A stretch of DNA of 64,000 nt from Chiloscyllium plagiosum. Taxonomy: Eukaryota. Positions within the stretch are counted from its first letter, which is position 1. Every line of letters begins with the position of its first letter. The stretch lies in the NCBI RefSeq assembly GCF_004010195.1, contig NC_057736.1, positions 929,452-993,451 of the forward strand. The letters are read 5' to 3'. Below the pieces are notes generated by a model that saw only the letters and a program-made list of their open reading frames with translations, ran no database searches and had not been told where the DNA came from. Position numbers and translations under genes: made by a program. Of this stretch, positions 52,036-62,660 are shown one piece after another.

Positions 52036-52198
52036 CTCTGTTCTGAGTCTGCTGTGAGTGATTGCCAACCAGCTGAAGAACTCCCAGAAATAGAATCCCT
52101 AAAACCCCTGAATTCACGCCCTCCAACTCCCTGCAGCAGCCCTCCTGTATTATCAGATATTGCTCCTCCACCAGTTGAGCCTGATATATGCCAACAAG
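52036..52198 (+). CDS. Unknown gene X, exon F, Pro/Ser/Glu-rich (LCSESAVSDCQPAEELPEIE...PPPVEPDICQQ)
   Basis: Acceptor tgtctttccttcag|, donor AAG|gtacag; phase 0 to 1. Confidence 0.7.
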
Positions 52199-52971
52199 GT
52201 ACAGTGGCAAAAAAGACTAGAGTTTTTCAGTCAATGTCCCATGTTTATGCCTCACGGTTGTGAACATGTACAGTAATTAATTGCAATTTTTAGAATGTAA
52301 AATGCAATATACGTTAGAATAACATATAGCGAATGCCCACTCTTCAATCCGTCACACTTCAGGACATTTTGTCTGGTACAAATTCCTGTGTCTAGTTTTT
52401 TAAGAAAGCTCAGGGAAATGGATACACTCTCTCAGGGGATGGAAAGCCCGAGAGCCAAGCTATCTGCAAACTCTGAACTGATTCAGTTTTTACCTGCCAG
52501 TTACTGATCTCCAACAAAAACAAATTACAGATTGTTCAATGAACCCATCCCAATGTTACTCTCATCTGAAGCTTTGGTGAGATAAACACCTCAGGCAGCA
52601 GAATAAAACCTGTATTGAGGCAATTGTCATCTAATGGCAAACATTATTCATCTCTCAAAATATGGCAGAAGCAGGAGTAACATTGTGGAGAGGGTTGAGC
52701 TGTTGGCTTAGCCACTGACTCTAATTTTTGGATGGCCCTAATGAAGATGAAAATATGCAAAAGTTTCATTTCAATATGAAAATGGAGGTCCACTGCCACC
52801 GTGAAGACTCAGGACTGGTACTTTAGTCTGGGGTCAGGACTAGTAAGAGATTTTGGGTCCTGACTCCAAACTGAGTTGAAAAGAATTGTTGGAAGCAATT
52901 TTCACGAACCTTGTCATTAATTGACTAAGAGGTGGTTAGGTGAAGAACACAGCCCAATGCAAAATCAAATC

Positions 52972-53670
52972 AGCGAAAGGGTTACCTCAGATTACAACAG
53001 GATCTGGACCAGATGGACCAATGGGCTGAGAAGTGGCAGATGGAGTTTAATTCAGATAAATGTGAGGTGCTGCATTTTGGGAAAGCAAATCTTAGCAGGA
53101 CTTATACACTTAATGGGAAGGTCCTAGGGAGTGTTGCTGAACAAAGAGCCCTTGGAGTGCAGGTTTATAGCTCCTTGAAAGTGGAGTCTCAGGTAGATAG
53201 GATAGTGAAGGTGGCATTTGGTATGCTTACCTTTATTGGTCAGAGTATTGAGTACAGGAGTTGGGAATCATGCTGTGGCTGTACAGGACATTGGTTAGGC
53301 CACTGTTGGAATATTGCGTGCAATTCTGGTCTCCTTCCTTTCGGAAAGATGTTGTGAAATGTGAAAGGGTTTAGAAAAGATTTACAAGGATGTTGCTAAG
53401 GTTGGAGGATTTGAGCTATAGGAAGAGGCTGAACAGGCACACAGAAGGTGGTACGTGTATGGAATGAGCTGCCAGAGGAAGTGATGGAGGCTGGTACAAT
53501 TGCAACATTTAAGATGCATTTGGATGGGTATATGAATAGGAAGGGTTTGGAGGGATATGAGCCGGGTGCTGGCAGGTGGGACTAGATTGGGTTGGGATAT
53601 CTGGTTGGCATGGACGGGTTGGACCAAAGGGTCTGTTTCCATGCTGTACATCTCTATGACTCTATGACTC
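52972..53670 (+). mobile_element. CR1 LINE 3' fragment with internal deletion
   Basis: MDQWAEKWQMEFNSDKCEVLHFG; tail ctctatgactctatgactct. Confidence 0.85.
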
Positions 53671-53929
53671 TAAATCAAACATTGCTGCCGTGGAAATTTA
53701 CATACTGGGCTTCAGATTGGTTTCACAGGTCTGCGCAACAGCTCGGGGCAAAGGGCCTGTTCTGCGCTGTAACGTTCTATGTTCTATAAAGAAGGTGTAC
53801 AAACAAAAAGGTGGGGTGGTGAGAGTGGAAATCAGAAAGGGACGAAACATTGGTTAATAGATGACAAACATTTGCAGTTAAGTCATACTTACAGTCTACA
53901 ATTCATTTTTTGGTTTGATCTTTGTCCAG

Positions 53930-53976
53930 CTGAGGAAGACCAACATTGCAAAGAGAATCCTGAAGAATGTGATTAA
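53930..53976 (+). CDS. Unknown gene X, last coding exon (AEEDQHCKENPEECD*); exon extends to donor at 54017
   Basis: Acceptor gatctttgtccag|, phase 1; TAA 53974-53976; donor CAG|gtaaag at 54017. Confidence 0.55.
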
Positions 53977-56900
53977 ACAATGTCTCTTTAAACATCAGTA
54001 AAAGAAACTACACCCAGGTAAAGAGGTTTGCAACCATCGTTATATCATGGGAAGGGAAAATCACCGGTTTTGGCAATTAATGCTAAATTATACTCAGCTT
54101 TGAATTTCTTTAGAATGGCCATTGGTAGATCAAAGAATCACAAATATGTCTGAACCAGAATCTAAATTCAACAGAAACTAATGACAAAGCGTTGATCAGT
54201 AAAATATTTTCATTCCAATTTGTGACTCATTTTCTGACATAAAGACTTCATCATTTTGTTGTAACAGTATTCATTGCTTTAGCAACAAGGTCAAGGTTAT
54301 TGATAAAGAGATACCTATCATGTTGGTTTTATCCCTTTCTATATTTGTTTCCCAGGAAAGCTAACAGCAGCTCCAGCAGAGCTGGACAACAGCAACTTGC
54401 TGGTGTTCCAATGTTGCAATGATGATAATGAAACAACTTCAGACATTTAACATGCCTTAATTATTGCCACATTAGCCAAGTTTTGCCAGTTATTGGATAG
54501 TGTTTCCACATCACTGGAAGTGACACCAGATAATTACTCCTTGATCAGAAATGGACAGAAATTTAACAGAATACTTAGTATTCTCCCTTTGCATATCCAA
54601 GCTACATCAGAAATCTCCCCAACATAACGTGAGGGAAAATTATCCTTGGTTGTTTTAAATGCAAAACTACTTTAAATTTTGGCATTGTGCTTATTCAAAT
54701 AATGATTAAGTAGTTAAATAATTTACTCATTTCTCTGATAAATATGAATGAAAGAGAATCAATCACTCCTAATATTCATAAAGTAAATAAGCAGAACAAG
54801 ATTTTAAATCAGAGTTTAATTTTCCACAGTAAACACCACATCATGTGATTCCCAGAGATCAGCTGAAATTGAATGTATATCTAACAGTTTGATAAGAGTT
54901 TTATGAAACGGAAGATTATAGTGTTAAAATGTTTATTAAAAATTAACTGTGACTAACATTGCAGAGTACCTTTTTTTGTTGCACGTAGCCCACAATACTC
55001 TTTGGAAAAGTTATAATACAATTCAAGCACTTTTTTTAACAAACAACCTTTATTACTGAAATCCATTTACTAACTGCCATTACAAGAGCAAACAAAGCAT
55101 CAGAGATTGATTGTTTGATATAAAATAATCTAGAAGGTAACAAAAATAAACAAAGAGTTAACAGAATTTAATGTTTTATATTTTTCTGTTCCTTACCACA
55201 GGGAAAAGGAACAAAAGATTCTACATTCGTCTGTGACACACAGTACATTAGAAATACCACAATCTGCTAAATCTTACAGCAATTTAGAAATTTAAGTACC
55301 CCGACAAAATACCGTGCTGTAACAGTCAAGCTTTTAGGTGCAGGAAATAGTAACTGCTTTAAGAAGTCATGGAAATTAAAAGTTCATCATATTCTCTGGT
55401 CATTGTGTGTCTGCACATCTCTGAAAATTGCTTTTTTTTATTTTTTAACAGTCATCAATGCAGTTTTAAAAAATCTCATGAAACCTTTTTTTCATAGTGT
55501 CACATTGTTTATATCTCACCCCATTCCATCTTTCCTGATACATTAATACATTAGTATCGTCAATCAGAGATTAGTTTTTGTTCAGGATGGACAGGCAGCT
55601 GTAGATACAATGCTGGAAAATTATGCCTCCAAGTCTGATAATTGAAGTAGACAAGAACAAGTGGGGAAATGTATGATGCTGGCAGAATTTGGGTGAAGTG
55701 TGAAGATGGCAGAGAAGGTGTAAAATAAACAAAACTGGTTATTTTATAAGGAACCTCTTAATATCACCAAGCTCCCATCATTTCTCACCTTCTTCCTGCC
55801 TTGTCTTTTCTTTCTCCTTCCCTTTATTCACAAGAGGAAGAACATGAAAGTGAAATGGATATAAAAATGTTACCACACCAAGCAGCACACAGAGATAACA
55901 CAGAGTTAATGACATTTTGTTTGTCCACACAAATCCAGTATTTAGAAATTACATCTAAACTGAAAAATACATCTGACTGTTCAGAGTGAGGTAAAGAGGG
56001 AGCCCTAATAAACTTCAAGAGAAGCACCAAACATTGTTAGTTTGAAGGGTTTTCCAAACAGTCTCTTTTGACTTTATGTAACTGAACCCAAGATAAAGAA
56101 GAAATGCACACAGAATTATTGTTATCTCAATCCTTTCATGTCAGTATGTCTATAAAAAGTTTTGAAAAACCCCTCATAATCAGAAAGGCCAGTATAATTT
56201 CTACCAAGCTTATAATTTGAAAAGTTAACGTGGAGGATTAATGGTAAAATGTGGAAAGTTTCTATGAAAGAATAACAGTGGAATAAAAAGTTATTTCAAA
56301 AAATCATGTTGAAAATCAAGCACGTGGTAGATTTTAGAGTTTCATCATTGGATCATGAATTTGATTTCAACCCAATGTAAATGGCCCCAATGGCTCACTG
56401 TAAAAGTTTTGGCAATCTCAGTACAGTGTTCACCAGCTGATGCAATTTTCCAGATGCAACTTTACCAAAATTTTATGGATCAGAAAGACCCAGGATGGGG
56501 TGAATGCATGAGACCGGGCAAGGATGGAAGTGTTTACTCCCAGATTTAATCATGATTGTATTTCAGCTAAGAAAGAGATTTTGCTGAGAAGGGATGTGAA
56601 ATTATTGAAGTGTCAGATTTTACCCAGCCTGTTAATCAGAAATGGGAGCAGGTGCAGCTCTCTCACTACCCCGCTCAGCTTTACACTTGACAGAAAGTGC
56701 AAATCAAATGAGATTTAAAACAATATCTGAGCAGAACCCATTCCATTCCCACTAGGTTGGTGGCTTAATAACGATCTTCCATGCCCTTGCAATAATCCTC
56801 TTGAAAGGATGAATTTCACAAATAAAAACTAATAAAATTCTGTAATCCAGTTGAGAAAAATTCATGAACATATTTATAAAACAAATCCTGGAGCTGGTAG

Positions 56901-57329
56901 GTGAGACAGTTGAATCTGTTAATCAGAACACCCCGGGTCTAAATGACACTTTCAACATATCCTTCATTTTCATGTTAATTAAGACCTGCAAGTTTTAGGT
57001 AAATTCTCTTTGTCATGGATGTCTAAACAATTGAATTATCAGACAAATGGTACATTACTGAGGGTAGTGCTTCCATGCAGCGCACAGCCCACGTAGTTTT
57101 GTGTATGAACTTAACAGCACAATGCCAGCAGAATGCAGTTACAGTCTGCTAATATTCCAGGGAGAGGGCTTCAGTTCAGAGAGATATTCATCCACATCTT
57201 TCTCATTTTCCTGCATTCAAGTTATGAATAAAGTTAAAAACAAAACCTAATCTGTTAATAAGCAAACAGAACTGTTATCAGATCATTTGTTCGGTTTGAT
57301 TACTAAAGACCCAAACATCATTGTCCCAT

Positions 57330-57343
57330 ATCTCCATGGTAAC
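57330..57343. promoter_or_regulatory. RFX X-box ATCTCCATGGTAAC upstream of DCDC2B
   Basis: Full consensus match ~560 bp before the ATG; partial site GCACCATGGAAAC at 57785-57797. Confidence 0.6.
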
Positions 57344-57901
57344 TATCCTGTTGAAAGCCAGCAACAACGAAGCTTTATCTATTTTACACATCACCTGAGG
57401 ATGCTGGAGCACTGCTATATGATGGCGCCATTAGCAGGGTGTAGATCATTCCTTATGATGATCTGATATTAATTCTTGATGGAATTCTATTCTGTGCATT
57501 TCTACATAAGGTTAGATGGTATAATCTGTGCCCACAAACTAAAACCAAACTAAGCTCGGATTAGAAATTTGAGACAGAATGCTGTCCCATTTCGAAAGGC
57601 GGATGTAGTTGACATGGGGAGTGGGGCTTCACTCCATCCCCATTTACTGGAAATGGGAATGGCTTAGGGTTCAGACACTTTGATTTAGAAGCATGTAACC
57701 AAACAATAGATGTAAATTTATCTTATTGACTTGAGCTATGTTCTACTGGCTGCACAACACACAAAGCAACCATTGATGAAAACAGCACCATGGAAACCAA
57801 AGGTAGCTTTGCACAGCACAGTCACTCACGGCACTCAATAACTTTCGAAGCAGCTGAAGTATGTGATAAAGGGGAGAAAAGCTGGGCTTAAGTTGAGGGA
57901 A

Positions 57902-58179
57902 ATGGCCTCAGCAGGTACCCCTCTTGTGCCTCAAGCAAAGAATGTGGTGGTCTTTAGGAATGGAGACCCTTTCTTCACTGGAAGAAAGCTTGTGGTGAAC
58001 CAGAGGCAGATCCTGACTTTTGAGTCTTTTTTAAATGAAGTGACCAATAACATCAATGCCCCTGTGGCTGTGAGAAATATTTACACACCAAGTGGGGGAC
58101 ATCGGGTTCTTCAGTTAAATGATCTACAGAATGGATCCCATTATGTGGCTGCAGGATTTGAAAAGTTTAAAAAAATAGA
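57902..58179 (+). CDS. DCDC2B: Doublecortin domain-containing protein 2B, coding exon 1 (first DCX domain); later exons not identified in the window
   Basis: [37 protein letters not shown]...[13 protein letters not shown]...[11 protein letters not shown]; donor GA|gtaagt; linkage to TMEM234/EIF3I as in human 1p35. Confidence 0.92.
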
Positions 58180-58591
58180 GTAAGTACGTTTATGCATTTC
58201 CATCTTACTCTGTCCACGAGCTAAAGTTCCTGTGAGTTTGAAAACCTTTGTGAATTTGTTTTTACAGAGCCAGTAAAAAAAAACAGACCATGCCTGACCT
58301 TCAACATTTGTAAGAAGTCCATAGCGATAGACTAGGGAAGTCACAGTTTAATCCAGTTTACTAAAATTCCTTTAAATTCTGCCTATGCATCAATCCAGAT
58401 TATTGCAGGACAAATCTCAAATTATTTACTTTCAACTTTTCTGTCTTTTTCATTCCTCCTTTTCCCAATCTTTATTTTACTTTCTATTCCTCACTTAAAT
58501 AGATGGAATTTATTTTTCTCGAGGTTCAATTCATGGTTTGGATTCTGTGAACAGAGCCTTTAGTCCCCGACAGGGGCAAGAGTAGATTAGT

Positions 58592-58726
58592 CAACATTTC
58601 AGGCATAAACCTTTCATCAGGAACGTCGATTTTCCTGCTTCTTGGATGCTGCCTGACCTGCTGTGCTTTTCCAGCACCATACTCTCGACTCTGATCTCCA
58701 GCATCTGCAGTCCTTATTTTCTCTTA
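58592..58726. mobile_element. Short inverted PLE end fragment
   Basis: Degenerate minus-strand hammerhead followed by plus-strand aacgtcgattttcctgct...ctgatctccagcatctgcagtcc. Confidence 0.6.
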
Positions 58727-59102
58727 GTTGGAAGATTAGACAGCAGCTAAATTCATCAATTGCCCCAAGCTCCTTTTCCAGAAGTGGGGCTGTGAGATTG
58801 GGATGGGGGTGAGGCCAGGGCTTTGGAGGAATATAGGTGAACATACTTACCATATTGGGCCTCCACGTCAAGGTGAATCAGGCCACTGTACATCATTTGC
58901 AAGTTTTAGAGGTTTTGTTTTCCTCTGGGAGGCTGCCCTCTCCCTGAGCAAGTGTAATCCATTAACTTGCTGAATTTTCCAGTCGGGAAACAGGATAAGA
59001 ACAGGGGGAAAGGTGTACAGCTTTTGAGATCTAAGAGAAGGCTACACTAACTCCACTTCAAAGAGTTGCTCTCTATTGGGACCAGTGTTCAAGCAAACCA
59101 CT

Positions 59103-59556
59103 TGACCAGGGAAGTGGCTATGGAGTATAATGTATGACCAGGGAAGTGGCGATGGAGTATAATGTATGACCAGGGAAGTGGCGATGGAGTATAATTAGAT
59201 TAGATTACTTACAGTGTGGAAACAGGCCCTTCAGCCCAACAAGTCCACACCGACCCTCTGAAGAGCAATCCACCCAGACCCATTCGTCTACATTTACCCC
59301 TTCACCTAATGCATGGCCAATTCACCTAACCTGGACATTTGTGGACTGTGGGAGGAAACCGGAGCACCCGGAGAAAACCCACGCAGACATAAGGAGAAAT
59401 GTGCAAACTCCACACAGACAGTTGCCCGAGGCGGGAATTGAACCCGGGTCTCTGGCACAGTGAGGCAGCAGTGCTAGCCACTGTGCCATTGTGCTGCCAA
59501 ATGTATGACCAGGGAAGTGGCGATGGAGTATAATGTATGACCAGGGAAGTGGCGAT
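59103..59556. repeat. 32-bp tandem repeat (aatgtatgaccagggaagtggcgatggagtat), ~5 copies, split by an HE1 SINE
   Basis: Copies start at 59103, 59135, 59167 and resume at ~59499. Confidence 0.9.
59195..59498 (-). mobile_element. HE1-type V-SINE
   Basis: Same family as 7576-7875; (tagat)n tail. Confidence 0.85.
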
Positions 59557-59839
59557 GTACGAAAATGGTAGTTTTTCACTTTGGAAGGAAAGGTAAATAA
59601 AAGTATTACTTAAACAGGGAATAACTACAGAATTTAGAGATGCAGAGGGCTCCAGGTGTTTTTGTGCATGAGTTATGAAAGTTGGATTTTTCTACTCATC
59701 TATTGGATGCATCAATGATAAGACCAACTTTTATTACCCATTCCTAAACACCCTTAACTGGAACAACTTTCCAGCTCTTTTCAGAGGCCGGTTAAAAATC
59801 AACCACATTGCTGTGGGTCTGAACTTGCATGTCACTGCA

Positions 59840-60317
59840 ATCAGTATGCCCACAATGACCGTCACCAATTTGTATAGATGCACATAGAAAGTATTCTATC
59901 TGGATGCATCACAGCTCAGTATGGCAACTGTTCTGCCCAAGAACACAAAAAATTACAGAGAGTTGTGAACACAGCCCAGTCCATCATGCAAATCAGCCAA
60001 CAGAATCAAAGACCACCCCCACCCCAGTTATATTCTATTCCACCCTCTTCCATCAGACAGAAGATAAAAAAAAGTTTGAAAACAGGTACAAACAAATTCA
60101 AGGACAGCTTCTTCCCTGCTATTATCAAACTTATGAATGGACCTCTCATATATTCAAGTTGATCTTTCTCTGTACCTACTCTGTGGCTGTAACAGTACAT
60201 TTTGCATTCTGTTCCATTGCCCTGATGTACTTATGTAAGGTATGATTTGTCTAGATAGCATGTAAAACAATACTTTTCAGTGTACTTTGGTACCTGTGAC
60301 AATAATCAAATCAAATG
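59840..60317 (+). mobile_element. Rex1/Babar LINE 3' fragment
   Basis: IESILSGCITAQYGNCSAQEHKKLQRVVNTAQSI; aatcaaatcaaat tail. Confidence 0.8.
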
Positions 60318-60574
60318 TAGGCCAGACCAGGTAAGGACAGCAGATTCCCTTCTCTAAAAGGCATGCATAAAACAGATAGGTTTTACAATAGTCATTACAC
60401 AGTCCATATTAACCTAACTTTTCAATTGCAATTTCTTTTCTCTGTTGAACTCCAGTCTCACTATCTTTCATGGTGAGATTTAAACCTTATCCCCGAATTG
60501 TCAGCCTGGGTTTCTGAATTAATCATCCAATGACAATAGCACTTCACCACCACCTCCCCTTGATGTCACAGTTG

Positions 60575-61420
60575 ATTGAGTATGGCGTCAAGGAGCCCTG
60601 GCAAAACTGGAATCAATTGGAATCAGCAGGAAAACTCTCCACTGGTCGGAGTCAAACTTGGCACATTGGAAGATGGCTGTGGTTGTTGGATGTCAGTCAT
60701 CTCAGCTCCAGGACATCTCTGCAGGAGTTCCTCAGGGTAGTGTCCTAGGCCCAACCATTTTCAGCTGCTTCAGCTATGACCTTTGCTCCATCATAAGGTC
60801 AGATGTGGGATGGTCGCTGATGATTGCACAATGTTCAGCACCATTCACAACTCTGCAGATATTGAGACAGTTCATGTCCACATGCAGCAAGACCTGGACA
60901 ATATCCAGGTTTAGGCAGACAAGGGGCAGATAATATACACACCACACAAATGCCCGGCAATGACTTTCAACAAAAGTGAATCTAACCATCACCCTTTGAC
61001 ATTCAATGGCTTTACCATCACTGAATGCTCCACTATCAACATCCTGGGGGTTACAATTGACCAGAAGCTCAACTGGACTCATTGTATCAATACAGTGAGT
61101 ACAAGAGCAGGTCCGAGATTCAGAATCCTACAGCAAGTAACTCACCCCCGATTCCCCAACCTGTCCATCATCTATGAGGCATAAGTCAAGAATGTGATGG
61201 AATACTCCCCACCTGCCTGGAGGGTGATAAGTCCAACAACAAGGATCTTGACATTACCCAGGACAAGCAGCTCCTACTTAATTGACACCATATCCACAAA
61301 CATCCACTCCCTTTAGCACCGACGCTCAGTAGCAGCAATGTGTACCATCTACAAGATGCTCTGCAGAAATTCACAAAGATCCTCAGACAGCACCTTCCAA
61401 ACACACAGCCACTTCCATTC
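60575..61420 (+). mobile_element. LINE RT fragment
   Basis: GVPQGSVLGPTIFSCF, ADDC, ILGVTIDQKLNW. Confidence 0.8.
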
Positions 61421-62379
61421 AAAGGCAGGCTGCCACCTGTGTGGGTCTGGGAGGGATTATCTAAATAAGGAAAGGTGAGATGCTGAAGGAATTTGAAAGT
61501 GATGTTGAATCAATGCATAACTTTATCAGCCCACTGTGGGTTACCAGGCACAGGGATGATCAGTGAACACGGTGTGGTGTGAATATGGGCACAGACAGCA
61601 GAGTTTCACCTTGTAAGAAGAGGGTAGGATTTTTGAGGCTAAGATGAAGTGCATTAAAATGGTCAAGTCTAGAGGTGATGACAACCTGAGTGAGGGCTCC
61701 TGTAGCTGATAAACTGAAATGGCTGAGGTTATGGATGCGGAGTAATTCAGTCTCAGAAAAATGGGGATGGAATCTGTATTTGGGAAACTTGGTTTAGAAA
61801 GGGGATTGAAAACAATGGCTTCGGTTTTACCAATGTTAACCATCAGTCATTTAAAGTTTAATACATTTTTCACAGTTTCCAAATCATGTCTGTATATTTT
61901 ATCCTTCTTTACAATTGACCCATGTATCATGTTTAATGTTTCAGTGTGTATATCATTCAAATTTAAATGCATCTTTTATCTGTTAATCTGTCTACTAAGT
62001 TTAAATGGATTGTTGGAAATGCTATCAATCAGCTTCATAGCATTCACCTGACCACAAGCTGTGGTGCTATCTGAAAGTTTACAATACATCATCATTAAAA
62101 GTTCCCTCCACCATATCATTTATGGACAGCGTAAATAATAAAAGGGCACAGATCAGATTCCTGCTCAGATTCATTCATTAATTGCCTTCCAGATAGCCTT
62201 TCATATTTCCCTCCTGCTTTCTACTGCCAAGATAATATTCAGTCCAAGTTGACAAACCTGTCCTGAATTCTGCACATGGCAGCATTCTGTTTGAAAATCT
62301 TGTGTTTGAACTTTATCAAATACCTTCTGAAACATAATTATTACCAGCTTAATTTTGTCTTTGACTGTTTATTTTTAAT

Positions 62380-62660
62380 CATAAAGTCATAAGAAATAGG
62401 AACAGAAGTAGACCATTCGGCCCCTTGACCTTGCTCTGCCATTCAGTAGGGTCATGGCTGATCAAACATTCCTCACATCCATTTTCCCACATTTCTCCAT
62501 CACCCTTGATTCCCCGACTGATCAAAAATCTATTGATCTCAGCCTTAAATATATACAAGGACTCTAGTCCCAGAGCTCTCTGTGGCCAGGAATTCCAAAG
62601 ACTCACAACCCTCTGAGAGAAGAAATTCCTCCTCATCTCAGTCTTACAGTGGTGTCTCCT
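62380..62660 (-). mobile_element. CR1 LINE 3' end
   Basis: MRRNFFSQRVVSLWNSWP...FKAEINRFL. Confidence 0.8.

Noticed and set aside
30436-53976. Gene X as IQCC (positional candidate) or a SPATIAL/TBATA/C4orf17-family member
   Set aside because: No IQ motif (LQAxxRGxxxR) or ELLWLQQAI-type C-terminal block; resemblance of RNLYVLRHP and MVDWV to the SPATIAL family is too weak to claim without a profile search
59103-59556. CRISPR-like 32-bp repeats
   Set aside because: Repeats are contiguous without spacers; derived from a LINE
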